From assembly GCA_964247055.1 (NCBI GenBank), contig OZ176059.1:1736001-1800000 (forward strand): a stretch of 64,000 nucleotides of DNA. Reading direction: 5' to 3'. The notes beneath the pieces are model-generated. The model searched no databases and was not told the origin of the DNA. It saw only the letters and a program-made list of their open reading frames with translations. The translations under genes were made by a program, and so were the position numbers. This DNA comes from Paragordius varius. Its lineage: Eukaryota; Animalia; Nematomorpha. Below, in pieces: positions 39,201 through 51,555 of the stretch. Numbering within the stretch: the first letter of the stretch is position 1; each line of letters opens with the position of its first letter.

Positions 39201-41003
39201 AAAAACTTCTTTCTCTAGACAATTAAAAACACTTCAAAAACATTTAAAGACATCAAAAATGTTCTAAAATCCTGGAAATCGCTCTAGAAAAGCCCGCCCA
39301 AAAATTTTTGTTAAACAATCGCCGTAAAATTTTTTTCCACATAAAATTCACCATACCTTTGCCGCATTTATAAGTTCATCGGCCAAGCATTCCGCAATAG
39401 TTTTTATATTACGAAAAACTGACTCCCGGGCGCGAGTAACCAGCATATATGCGACATTAACTCTCCTCAGGGGGGAAACATCGTTTCTCTAGAAAAAAAA
39501 CTAAAAACGCTTCAAGAACTACTTAAGACGTCGAAAATGCTCTAAAACCCAGGAAATCGCTCTAGAAAAGCCCGCCCAAAAAAATTTGTTAAACCATCGC
39601 CGTAAAATTTTTCTTCATAATCTTTTTTTGATTCAAATACCTTTGCCGCATTTATAAGTTCATCGGCCAAGCATTCAGCAATAGTTTTTATGTTACGAAA
39701 AGCAGATTCTCGCGCCCCTGTAGCCAGCATATAAATGGAGACATTAACTCTCTTTCAGTGTAAAATTTCAAAAATTTCTCTGGAAAAAAACTAAAAACCC
39801 TTCAAAAACTACTATTGATGTCAAAAATGCTCAAAAACCCTGAAAATCGCTCTAGAAAGGCTCGCCCAAAAATTTTTGTTTAACCATCGCCGTAAACGTA
39901 ATCAATACACATATCTAAAAAGAACCTAGAACAAAAGATTCTTGATTATTATGCAATCAATCTTGAACAGTAAAAACTACTATATAAACCTAAAAAATCT
40001 TTAAAACCCTGGAAATCGCTCTAAAAAAAGCCCATAAATTTTTGTTAAACCATCGCCGTAAAATTTATTTCATATAATTTCCAATCTCCATACCTTTGCC
40101 GCATTTATAAGTTCGTCGGCCAAGCATTCAGCAATAGTTTTTATGTTTCGAAAAGCTGACTCTCGCGCCCCTGTAACCAACATGTAAATTGCGACATTAA
40201 CTCTCCTGAGAGTACTAAGATAACCTTGTTGTCACAAAAAACTTCTTTCTACTAGAACTAAAAACGCTTCAAAAACTACTAGAGACGTCAAAAATGCTCT
40301 AAAACCCCTGGAAATCGCTCTAAAACCCAGGAAATCACTCAAGAAAAGGCCCAAAAATTTTTGTTAAACCATCGCCGTAAAATTCTCAATCCACGTGAAA
40401 TTATTTTCATGTTCTTATTTGATTCAAATACCTTTGCCGCATTTATAAGTTCATCGGCCAAGCATTCAGCAATAGTTTTTATATTACGAAAAGCAGATTC
40501 ACGCGCGCCTGTAACCAACATGTAAATTGCGACATTAACTCTCCTCAGGGGCGAAACATCGACGGCTTGTCGTCTAACAGTTCCAGCTCGTCCAATCCGG
40601 GTGGAATCTTCGCGTGGACCACTGTTACTTATGGCATCAACCAGGATTTGCAATGGGTTCTAAGGAATATTATATATATATATATATATGTATATAAGAT
40701 TATAAGAAAATTCATCCTTAAACAATCAAATTCGTCCTTAAACAATTCAAATTTTATGAATCATTTACAATCAACTTAACCATAACAATTTAAATTTACC
40801 ATTTACATTTCAGATACACCTTTAAACGATTTAATTTCATTCTCAAACGATTCAAATTCACCCTTAAACAATTCAAATACACCTTTGAACGATTTAATTT
40901 CATTCTCAGACGATTCAAATTAACCCTTAAACAATTCAAATTCACCCCCCTAACTAAAATATATGTTTTTTAAGATTAAAAACTATATTTGAACTGTAAA
41001 TGG

Positions 41004-41035
<32 letters not shown>

Positions 41036-43169
41036 AGAAAATTTTATAAATATATTTAAAATTACGCTTGAAATAATTTAAAACCGCAAAAATTATTAAA
41101 ACAGCCACCAAGATTATCGTGAAGCCCCCTTTTTTTAATTCTATAAGCAAAAAAAAGTATAAGAAAAAAGAGAAAATTGAATAAATATGGCATGGACTTT
41201 AAATAAAATATTTATGATAATTTTCGCGTAGCTGCTTTGATAATTTTTGAGGTTTTTACTTATTTTGAAAATTTTATAAACCATTTACAGTTCAATTTCA
41301 CCCTTAAAAAAATAATTTGAAACGTATGCTCTCAACAATGTATACACCATTAGTTTTTATTTTTTTATAAACTTAAAAATAATAAATTTCGGATATTAAG
41401 GTACTATAAAAACAACTTTTTGTTTAAACCCCCTGAGGTGGCTTAGAACTTCTTCTTGCAATATACCTTACCTTGAAATTAGGTTTTAAAACCCAAATAA
41501 TTAATAAAATATCCAATTTTAAATTTCATGTTAAACAATATCAGGAAACTCATGGAGATTTAGTAACAAGCGTAAATTTTTTTACAAAACCCTTGAAATT
41601 AGTGTCAGAATCCATAAAGACCCTTTCAAAATTATTGTTAAAAATATTTAATTTATGTAAGACTAAAAAGTTTATCTTAAGGATCCCAAAAACTTATTTA
41701 AATCTTTCAAGGCTTAACTTGTAAGTTATCAAACCTATATCAAAGTTAACAGAATAATTTAAAAAGGGTCATATTCAACATTACATAAAACCATTTATAA
41801 TCATAAACAAATTAATTTGGGAACAACTAAAGTCCTTTACAGAAAACTTTAAAATTTATTCAAAACTTTAAGAGAACTTTAAAAAGTTTTAAACTTTCAA
41901 AAAAACTAAAATTTTGAAACCTGTCCAGTTAAAAGGAATATAATTTCAAACCTGTGTTCTACAATTTAAAACAAATTTAATTATAAACAACTTAAGTCTT
42001 TTGTGGAAAACTTTGATCAAAAAACTTAAATTTATTCAAAACTCTGAGAGAACTTGAAAAAGTTGTAAACTTTTCAAAATTTAAATTTTAAAACCTGTCC
42101 AGTTAAGAGAGAAAAATAATTTAAAAAAAAATTTAAATACCCAAAAAACTTTAAAAGAACAATTTTGTTGTTTCAAACACTGCAACTTTAAATGAAAATA
42201 TAAAATCCTAAAAAAACTTATTAAAATTTATTTTAAAAAGTTTGAATCTTTTCAAAAAAACTAAACTTTAAAACCTGTCCAGTTAGGAGGAATATAATTT
42301 CAAACGTATGTTCCACAATTCATAAAACCATATTTGAAATCAAAAACAAATTTAATTAAGGACAAATAAAGTCTTTAATGGTGGAAAACCTCAAATTAAT
42401 TCAAAACTCTAAGAAAACTTTAACAAGTTTGAAACTTTTCAAAAAAACTAAATTTTATTAAAACCTGTCCATTTAGGAATATAATTTCAAACGTATGTTC
42501 AACAATTTATAAAGCCAATTTGAAATCAAAAACAAATTAGATTAAGAAAAACTAAAGTCCTTTGTGGAAAACATTGAAAAACTTTAAGTTTTGAAAGTTT
42601 TCAAAAATTAACTTATTACTGTCTCATTAACAAGAATATAATTTCAAATCCACAATTCGTATATATTCGAAAACAAATTTTAAATCAAAAACAAATTTTA
42701 AGAACAACTAAAGCCATTAAAACGAAAAACTTTTAAAGAACGCAAATTTATTCAAAACTAAGAGACTTTAAAAATCTAAAAGAACTTTTTAAAATTTAAA
42801 TTTTAAAACCTGTCCAGTTAAGAGGAAAATAATTTCAAACGTATGTTCCACAATCCGTACAGCCATCAATTTTTTCCCATTATTCCGTCCATGCATCATC
42901 AAAGAATTTACTAGGCGTTCAACTATATGACATTGAGCTTTTCGAAATTTTTTAACCGCATACCTCCCAGCTGTATGAGGCAAATATTTTGCATGCTTAT
43001 CCTTGATTGCAATGTAATCTACGAGGCCAAGATCAGAAACTTGAACATCGTAAGGATTCCATTTTCCAAATAATTTGATTTCTGGTAATTCTGTGGCAGA
43101 TAAACCAACACCATTATTTCCAATTTGAATCATATTATCTTCTTCAGTCATAATTTCTTCGTCAGCCAT
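36215..43169 (-). CDS. RPS5: 40S ribosomal protein S5 (uS7), 218 aa; exons 43169-42810, 40659-40432, 36283-36215
   Basis: [34 protein letters not shown]|[58 protein letters not shown]|[22 protein letters not shown]; GT-AG introns, phase 0. Confidence 0.95.
37075..40431 (-). repeat. Tandem array in RPS5 intron 2 with echoes of the exon 2 3' half plus donor (40094-40208, 39641-39750, 39357-39483, 38869-38985, 38389-38465; degenerate bits ~37075-37105, 37535-37560, 37750-37780)
   Basis: ..GAATGCTTGGCCGA(T/C)GAACTTATAAATGCGGCAAAG|GTAT occurs five extra times; the intronic part (ggaaatcgctctagaaa, ccatcgccgtaaa) occurs about 13 times. Confidence 0.92.
41770..42809 (-). repeat. Tandem array (~190-bp units) in RPS5 intron 1 with echoes of the exon 1 end plus donor (41921-41965, 42095-42122, 42275-42320, 42465-42507, degenerate 42619-42660)
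   Basis: TTTGAAATTAT.TTCCT..TAACTGGACAG|GTTT recurs with its flanking intron sequence. Confidence 0.88.
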
Positions 43170-44963
43170 ATTGAATAAGGTTAATTTAGCGTTTTTAAGC
43201 AAAAAAATGTGTAATTTTAAAGTTGATTTATATCAAGTAGGAAATATTTGCGTATAAAAGAGTGGTGACAGATGTTATTATTTTGGATAAATGATGATGT
43301 GTTTAAAATTAAAATATTTGTGGATCAAAGAATTATATACAAATATAATTGAATATATATTTTATGGTTAATTGTAAGTGGACGCAAGGTTAATAGATTA
43401 TTTGAGAATTAAAAAATTTTTGTGACTTCTATACACGAGAATATTTTATGTAGACTCAATTTTAAGTTATAAAAACTATCCTTATTCTAGAAAACTTTTA
43501 TAAAATATTCGAACGTCAGGAGCATTGAAGTATATAGAAAGTTTTATAATATTTTTAAGTCCGTTTGCACTATTTAAAATACAATATTAAGTTTAGAAAA
43601 ATTGCCAAATTTAAACACCTTATGACCATTTAGGGTAATTTATATCCTTAAGCGATTTAAATTTGATTTAGAAAAGCATTCAGGATATTTCCAAAATTAA
43701 AAAAGCTTTTGCGATGCAAAATAAAAAAATTGTAACATTCTATTACATTTACATTTTTTTGTAACCAATTAAATTTTGGGAGAATTTTATATGACAGAAC
43801 TATAACTCATAGAAGTTCTGTTAAAAAGCTATTTTACTTAATTTTAATTAACAAAGCCTCTTGGGATATGTAACCAGATAAAATATATACATCATTTACA
43901 GAATTCACCCTTTAATATTCAAATTCATGCTTAAACAATTAAAATTCACCCTTAAACAATTTAAATTCACCTTTAAACAATTTATATTCACCTTTAAACA
44001 CTTTAAATTCACCCTTAAACAATTAAAATTTACCCTTAAACAACTTAAATTCACCCTCGAGTAATTCAAATTAACTTTCAAATTAAATTAATCCTGAAAT
44101 TAATTATGTGTTCTTTAAAATTAAAAATTACCTGTATTTTTTCATACATATATATAAAATGAATTTTTGTATAAAATTAATATAATATTTATAAAATAAT
44201 AAATTATGTCAGAATATATTTTATATTAACGATGAGTTATATTAGCTGCCCAAAACAGATAATTTATTTTTAGGGGAGAATTCGAATTGTTCAAGGGTGA
44301 ATTTGAATTGTTTAAGGGTGAATTTGAATTGTCCGAGGGTGAATATGAATTGTTCAAGGGTATTTGAATTGTAATTGGTATATATATTGGGTCGGGTGAT
44401 AAAAATTTTTTTTTGACTTGACTTGCAAGTTTTTCAAGTCATGGCTTGCTTTCATGCGATAAAAAAAATTTAACATTACACGACTTAAGTCAAGCAAGAA
44501 AACTTGATAAGGAGGTGAGAAAAATCATATGTTCAAGTAAATTTAAAGATTTTGCAAGTGTGGTGTAGGGCACACTTGACAGATTTTAAAATACGGATAA
44601 AATTATTTTGGAAACTATTTATATACAAAATTTAGGTTTTATATGTAATTCAATCCTTTATTAATGCTATAAATAGTTAATTTGATAATTTTAGGCTAAT
44701 TAATCTATTCATTGGGTGGATACAAAAGAGGATAAATTTATAGTAAGACTCTGCTAATATAAATAACATGGCACATAAAAATATGCTAAATATATCAATT
44801 CCTTGACTGGAAAAAAAATTGGATTCTCGAAAATTTCTCAATAATAATTAGATATTAATCTTGTAAAATTTCAAATCTTCGTTTATTAAAAGCAAAACTT
44901 CACTTTTATCCAATGTAAGGAATTTATTTCATCATAAATTTATTTCGAATGTAATGTTTATAA

Positions 44964-45071
44964 TAATGTGACCAGATAGGCTGTTTTTCGCAGTACAGTA
45001 CTGGGTTTTCAGAAAAAAACTGCGCCAGTACTGCGTCCAATTTTGTACTGCTTTTGAAATTAAAAAATTTA

Positions 45072-45123
<52 letters not shown>

Positions 45124-47435
45124 TGACCTTTTATTTATTCAAATAATTATTTTAGAATTTAATATATTATCCCCAGTAAGAATAACCCCATAATTTGTAA
45201 AGAAATGGTTCATTTTGCGGTAAAAAACAAAGATTGGCCTGTTTTTAATTGGTTAATATTTTATTTTCTGCTTGAATTATACATAAAACTTAGCAGCATT
45301 TCGCGCAGTGTGAAACTCTAAATCTCGGACTCCACACCATAAAATTCAGAATGGCTCTTTCACTCAGGGCTTCCTCAAAAAGAGGTGCTTTAAAATTTAA
45401 AATTAACAAATTTAATTTATGATATTTTTAAAAATGTTTGATCAAGTTTAGAAAGTTCATTTTTTGTTATAATTATCAAACGGAAAATTATATAGAAATT
45501 GTTATTTCCGCAACATATGACTAGGGTTGTGCTGACCACATGACCAGCTTAGTGACTATTTATTTTTTGACCATGGTCATTGTAAAGTTAATTTATTCAC
45601 GTATAGCAATATGGTATATTAAAATAGAGTTGAGCGATAAAAAGAAAACCAAAATAAAAAAGTGAGTGGCTATTATATCACAAGTTCTTTTTATGTGTGC
45701 ATGCCTTATTTGCGTAGACGTTACACAATGGTTATTCTCAACAACAGATAAGCTTTAACTCGAAATATATATATAATATTCAAATACAAAATAACTGATG
45801 CAACATGAATTGAGTGTGTTAACAAAATAGAATATTATAACCTTACGCTGTTTTTTGAAAAATTGCTGGTAAATTTTTGAGATAGTAAGATTTTATTGTT
45901 TTTTATATAAAAAATATAAATTAAATATTTAAATGAGCTTATTTAACAATAATAAATTGTTAAAAATGCATCCTTATAACATTAGCATTTAAGCACGTCC
46001 AGTTATTTCTAAAAACCAAACAATCAATCACTTTGCTAAAATATGCAATTATTCCATATATGTGAACTAATAAAATGAATCATTTTATAATTGGATATTT
46101 CAATGATGAAAGAATGTGTGAAACAAACTAGATAAAATTTTATTTAAAATATCCAGTATTAAAAGCTATTTACCTGAAGATTCAGACCACAAACATGTGG
46201 CAAAATTTATTTGAAACCAAACTTGATTAAATTTGATTCATATATTTGTAAAAAATAAATATAAAAAAATGTCTAATCCAACTTTTAAGGAAAAACATGA
46301 CATTATTTGACTGAAACGTAATTGTCGTTCGAACATTATTTTCATCCAATATCGCATGGTATTTACTCAAGTAAAAAGAAGTCATATCCGTGGTAATGAC
46401 CATGGTCTGACTAAGTCTGACCGGACTTTTTTGAAAAAGCAGTCAAATGCACAACCCTACATATGCATAAAATTTATTATATATGGCATATAATTTCATA
46501 ACCTTTTTTCGTATAAGAGTTTTTACGTTTTCTATACTCATTATGTGGGAGGTATATTATTAGTTTTTCCTAAACTTTATTTTTATTAATTTTTTTATTT
46601 TTTTTTGCTTAAACAAATTTGAGATATTTTGTTGAAGCGTTCTCATGATTTTGAAGCATGATGGAAACGGTATAATATAATATATGATAAATCCCTTTTT
46701 AATAATTCGATGATGTTGAACATACCATAGGTTCAGAATTTTAATTTAAAGGTTTGTTTGATTGCAAATTTTGGTGAATTTTTGTCAAATAACACAATTT
46801 ATATTTAACATAAATCTGAAAACGAACGAATATTTTAATCAAAATTTTGATTGATAATTAGCGTTATCGATTATATATATATATATATATATAATATGTA
46901 TTATAACATATCAACCGTTTATATCGTTTCCATCTCAATATATGAAGTATGCTTCAACAAAATTTTGCTAAAAATTAAATTTTTGAAAGTGTTTATTTTC
47001 TAAAAAATATATTTAGTTGATATCAAAATTTAGTATACTTAAAATTATTGCACAATATCGGAATTTTTGCGTTTATTTTAAGAGAACAGTCCATTTTAAA
47101 AGAGTCAAAAAGTTTGGGACTTTCAGAGCCTACATCTAGAAATTTAAAAATATTTTTTGCTTTATATATGTAGTTTATGTTATATTTTAGTGATAATTTT
47201 TGAAAAAAATTGCTTACCTTTTGTATTATACGGAGCACCTACCACAAAATTGTAAATAAATTTCTTTATAACTCATAAAGGAATCAAAAGCACTTAATAT
47301 TTATATTTTCCCATCAGATTATATATATTTCATCAGGATATTTTGAAACTTTGTATACTACACGATGGTGTAAAAACAGGCAAAGTATGTTTTATTTTTG
47401 TACTGCGTTCAAGTTTAAAATATCTGGTCACATTA
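44964..47435. mobile_element. Non-autonomous hAT-like element nested in the family D copy
   Basis: TIRs TAATGTGACCAGATA / TATCTGGTCACATTA; perfect 8-bp TSD GTTTATAA (44956-44963, 47436-47443); the empty site (gttgataa) is present once in the 49169-50217 copy. Confidence 0.88.
45522..46459. mobile_element. Second hAT-like element nested inside the first
   Basis: TIRs TAGGGTTGTGC / GCACAACCCTA; flanks CATATGAC and CATATGCA (6 of 8 identical); subterminal tgaccatggtc motifs. Confidence 0.7.
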
Positions 47436-48063
47436 GTTTATAATCAATTAAAAATAATTATGTTGTATTGTGTAACATCTTCCCATTATATTGCAACTGG
47501 CCTCAAAACAAAATAAGTAGTGTGGTAAAATAATGGAAAGTGTTTTAGGCGAATGGTTTCATCAATCTAAAAATTATTACCAGGCTCACAATTTAGAAAA
47601 CTCTATAATATTATATAAGATACATGCCAGTGAGTGAAAAACTTCAATAAATGCATATTGTATTTATTTTTTATCTTTTTGTGCCTTATTTCATAAATTT
47701 TAGCTGAAAATGATCCAAAGAATTTCCATAAAATTCGAATTGGGTGGCAAAAAACTGTTACATTCATAAGCAAAAGACTTGACTTAAGTGTTTTTTTTAT
47801 CACCGATCTTCAAGTGTACACTTGCTGGCTTAAGTAATCTTGCTCAACTTGCCACACTTGGCTTACAAGTCAAGTGCGACTTTTCACCCCACTCATTAAT
47901 TCAAAATGGCTTAATATTAGTTTTTTAATGGATAACCTGTAAAACTTCTATAACATTACATGCATGCACTCGCTAAATAACAAAATCGACAATCTATTTT
48001 TTCTATAGATAATTAGTTTTTGATAAAAATTATTATTAACTAAAAAGGGGATATTTTGATATA

Positions 48064-49081
48064 GGGTCGGGTGATAAAAAAGTCGAACTTGACTTGTAAG
48101 CCAAGCGTGGCAAGTTGAGCAAGATTACTTAAGCCAGCAAGTGTACACTTGAAGATCGGTGATAAAAAAAACACTTAAGTCAAGTCTTTTGCTTATGAAT
48201 GTAACAGTTTTTTGCCACCCAATCCGAATTTTATGGAAACTTTTTTGATCATTTTCAGCTAAAATTTATGAAATAAGGCACAAAAAGATAAACAATAAAT
48301 ACAATATGCATTTATTGAAGTTTTTCAAACTCACTGACACGTATCTTATTTAATATATAGAGTTTTCTAAATTGTGAGCCTGGTAATAATTTTTAGATTG
48401 ATGAAACCATTCGCCCTTAAAACACTTTCCATTATTTTACCACACTACTTTTGTTTGGAGTCCAGTTGCAAATATAATGGGAAGATGTTGATACAATATA
48501 ACATAATTATTTTTCATTCGAAATAAATTTATGATGAAATACATTCGTTACATTGGTTAATAGTGAAGTTTTGCTTATAAACGAAGATTTGAAATTTTAC
48601 AAGATTAATATTTAATTATTAATATTAAGAAATTTTCGAAGAATCCAATTTTTTTTGCGGTCACGGAATTGATATATTTAGCATATTTTTATATGCCATG
48701 TTATGAAATATTAGCAGAGTTTTTCTATAAATTTATCCTCTTTTATATCCACCCAATGAATAAATTAATTAGCCAAAGTTTATAAAATTAACAACTTATA
48801 GCATTAACAAAGGTTTGAATTACATATAAAACCTAAATTTTATACATAAATAGTTTCCAAAATAATTTTATCCATATTTTTAAATCTGTCAAGTGTGACC
48901 TACACCACACTTGCAAAATCTTTAAGTTTTACTTGATCATATGATTTTTTATCACCTCCTTATAAAGTTTTCTTGCTTGACTTAAGTCGTGTAATGTTAA
49001 ATTTTTTTTATCACATGAAAGCAAGCCATGACTTGAAAAACTTGCAAGTCAAGTCAAAAAAATTGTTTTATCACTCGACCC
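48064..49081 (-). mobile_element. Family D element, inverted orientation, ATA TSD
   Basis: ATA|GGGTCGGGTGATAAAAA ... TTTTATCACTCGACCC|ATA. Confidence 0.9.
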
Positions 49082-49168
49082 ATAGTGATGTAAAATATCG
49101 GCATTAGTTTAGAAAAACAAAATTTTATTTAGATTATGTGGTTATTTATATCAAATAAGACACACTAA

Positions 49169-50217
49169 GGGTCGGGTGATAAAAAAATTTTTTTGACTTG
49201 ACTTGCAAGTTTTTCAAGTCATGGCTTGCTCTCATGTGATAAAAAAATTTAACATTACACGACTTAAGATAAGCAAGAAAACTTGATTCGGAGGTGATAA
49301 AAAACCATATGATCAGGTAATACTTTAAGATTTTGCAAGTGTGGTGTAGGGCACACTTGACAGATTTAAAATTATGGATAAAATTATTTTGGAAACTATT
49401 TATATATAAAATTTAGGTTTTATATGTAATTCAAACTTTTGTTAATGCTATATATTGTTAATTTGCTGATTTTGGCTAATTAATCTATTTGAGTGGATAC
49501 ACAAGAGGATAAATTTATAGAAAAATACTGCTAATATTTAAGAACATAGCATATAAAAATATGCTAAATATATCAATTCCGTACCGCAAAAAAATTGGGT
49601 TCTCGATGATTTTTTAAAATTAATAATTTAATATTAATCTTGTAAAATTTCAAATCTTGTTTTATTAAAAGGAAAAGGTTGCTTCGTTATTGATCAATGT
49701 AAAGAATTTATTTTAACATAATTTATTTCGAATGTAATGTTGATAATCAATTTAAAGTAATAATATGTTATATTGTATAAACATCTAAATATTATATTTA
49801 CAAATGGACTCCCAACAAAATTAGAATGTAATAAAGAAATGAAATGTGTTTTAAGGGCGTTTTAAGGGCAAATGGTTTTATTAATCTAAAAATTAATACC
49901 AGGTTCAATATTTAAAAAATTCTATAGTATTAGATAAGATACTTGCCAATGAGTTTTTAAAAAGTCAATAAATGCATATGTATTAATTATTGATCTTTTT
50001 GTGCCTTATTTCATAGATTTTGGCTGTAAAAGATCAAAATAATTTCTGTAAAATTTGAATTGGGTGGCAAAAAAATGTTACATTCATAAGCAAAAGACTT
50101 GACTTAAGTGTTTTTTTATCACCGATCTTCAAGTGTACACTTGCTAGCTAAAGTAATCTTGCTCAACTTGTCACGCTTGGCTTACAAGTCAAGTGCGACT
50201 TTTTTATCACCCCACCC
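49169..50217 (+). mobile_element. Family D element, TAA TSD
   Basis: TAA|GGGTCGGGTGATAAAAA ... TTTTATCACCCCACCC|TAA. Confidence 0.9.
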
Positions 50218-50818
50218 TAAATTTTAATACCCTTTCACAAGTTTATTAGTATCAATTCTACTTGGCATAGGGTATCCAGCTATCGCAATCGGTCTCGAAG
50301 TGCATATGTCCAGTGTTCACATAAATTATCCTGTTAAAAATTATTTATTCTGATAGGTAAATGTATGAGAAACGCTCTTAGTTTTTTGCTTTTAAGTGAT
50401 ATAAGATTCCACTTTTGTGGTAACTGGTCAATATCAAAAATTATCAAAAATGACGCATGTAATTATAGCTTAAACTTCTATTCAAATTAATATATCTAAA
50501 TACCAGAGACAATATTTAAGTTTTTTTTACAAAACTCCTGAAAGAGATGGTTATAATATAAGTTTTGCTTCTATCGTAATATAAATTAGGACAGAAGCAG
50601 AAATATCTAAATAAAATATAGTTTTGCAAAAAATGTTCCGTAACATACTTAGTCACCATTTTTATTTTACAACTTTTTTGCAAAATATCGTGTTATTTGA
50701 TTTTTCTAAAATAAGGTGATCTTTTTATTGAAATCACATTACCAATTTATATAAACATAAAAAGTGATATATTTTGGGTTATATATGTGTATAGCATATG
50801 CACACAAGTCATGGTTCA

Positions 50819-51555
50819 CACTTGGATACAACACATTTTCAGTCATTCGATTCAAATTGGGGTAGTTGGATACCCCAGGCCTTTTTAAAATCAAATAATC
50901 AAAAAAATATGGAATCAATTGAAACCATGGCAAAAATTTGCACATTTATAAAATTAATAAACCAAAATATATAAAAAATTTCATTCAAAAATACTTGATA
51001 TTTTTTATTTCAGGTAAAACCTCAAGGTAAAAAATTAGTCAACATGTGTGCTTTAACAAATTTACAAATAATATAAAAAAAACCACTCTTTTGTTTCTAT
51101 CAATGTTATATGTGATTAAAATAAAAAATTAGCTTTCATTTTAGCTATAAAATCAAATAAACACGATATTATGCAAAAATGTTGTAAAATCAAAATGGCG
51201 TCGAAGTAGTTTGATATGTTTTTTTCAAAAACAAATTTTATTTAGATATTTGGGCTTGTTTAATTTTGATTTGGATAAAAGCAAATATTAAAATTGGTAC
51301 CGTTTCTTTCAGTATTTTTCTAGAAATTTCAAATTAAATATAGTCTAGTGTATTTAGTTACCCCAATTTAAATCGAAGTGAATTTTTACCTTTAGATTTT
51401 ATATCAAGTATTGTTAATATATTTTTTATATCTAACCTTTACCATGGTTTCAATTTATTCCATATTTTGAAAAAAATCATTTTAAACAAGCTTAAGCTAT
51501 CTAACTGTTCCAATTTGAACAAAGGATTAAAATAAATGTGTTGTAACCAAAAGTT
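50819..51555 (+). mobile_element. Family A MITE (50819-51380) abutting a degenerate inverted copy (~51381-51555)
   Basis: CACTTGGATACAACAC..TTCGATTCAAATTGGGGTAGTTGGATACCCCAGGCC start and ..CCCCAATTTAAATCGAAGTG end; TTAA flanks eroded. Confidence 0.8.

Larger units (their letters stand above)
44389..47894 (+). mobile_element. ~1.03-kb non-autonomous element (family D, PIF/Harbinger-like), ATT TSD, carrying a 2.47-kb nested insertion
   Basis: ATT|GGGTCGGGTGATAAAA ... CACCCCACTC|ATT; collinear with 49169-50217 except for the insert. Confidence 0.85.

Noticed and set aside
38278-39730. ORFs 38278-38460 and 39542-39730 as separate RPS5 paralogs
   Set aside because: They are partial intronic echoes lacking the rest of the gene.
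40094-40214. Echo used as an in-frame cassette exon
   Set aside because: All nearby AG acceptors give lengths not divisible by three, and the flanking introns are phase 0.
37260-40431. CRISPR-like or snoRNA-array reading of the regularly spaced RPS5 repeats
   Set aside because: The units are duplicated exon/intron sequence of a eukaryotic gene with no unique spacers and no cas genes; I found no convincing C/D or H/ACA boxes.
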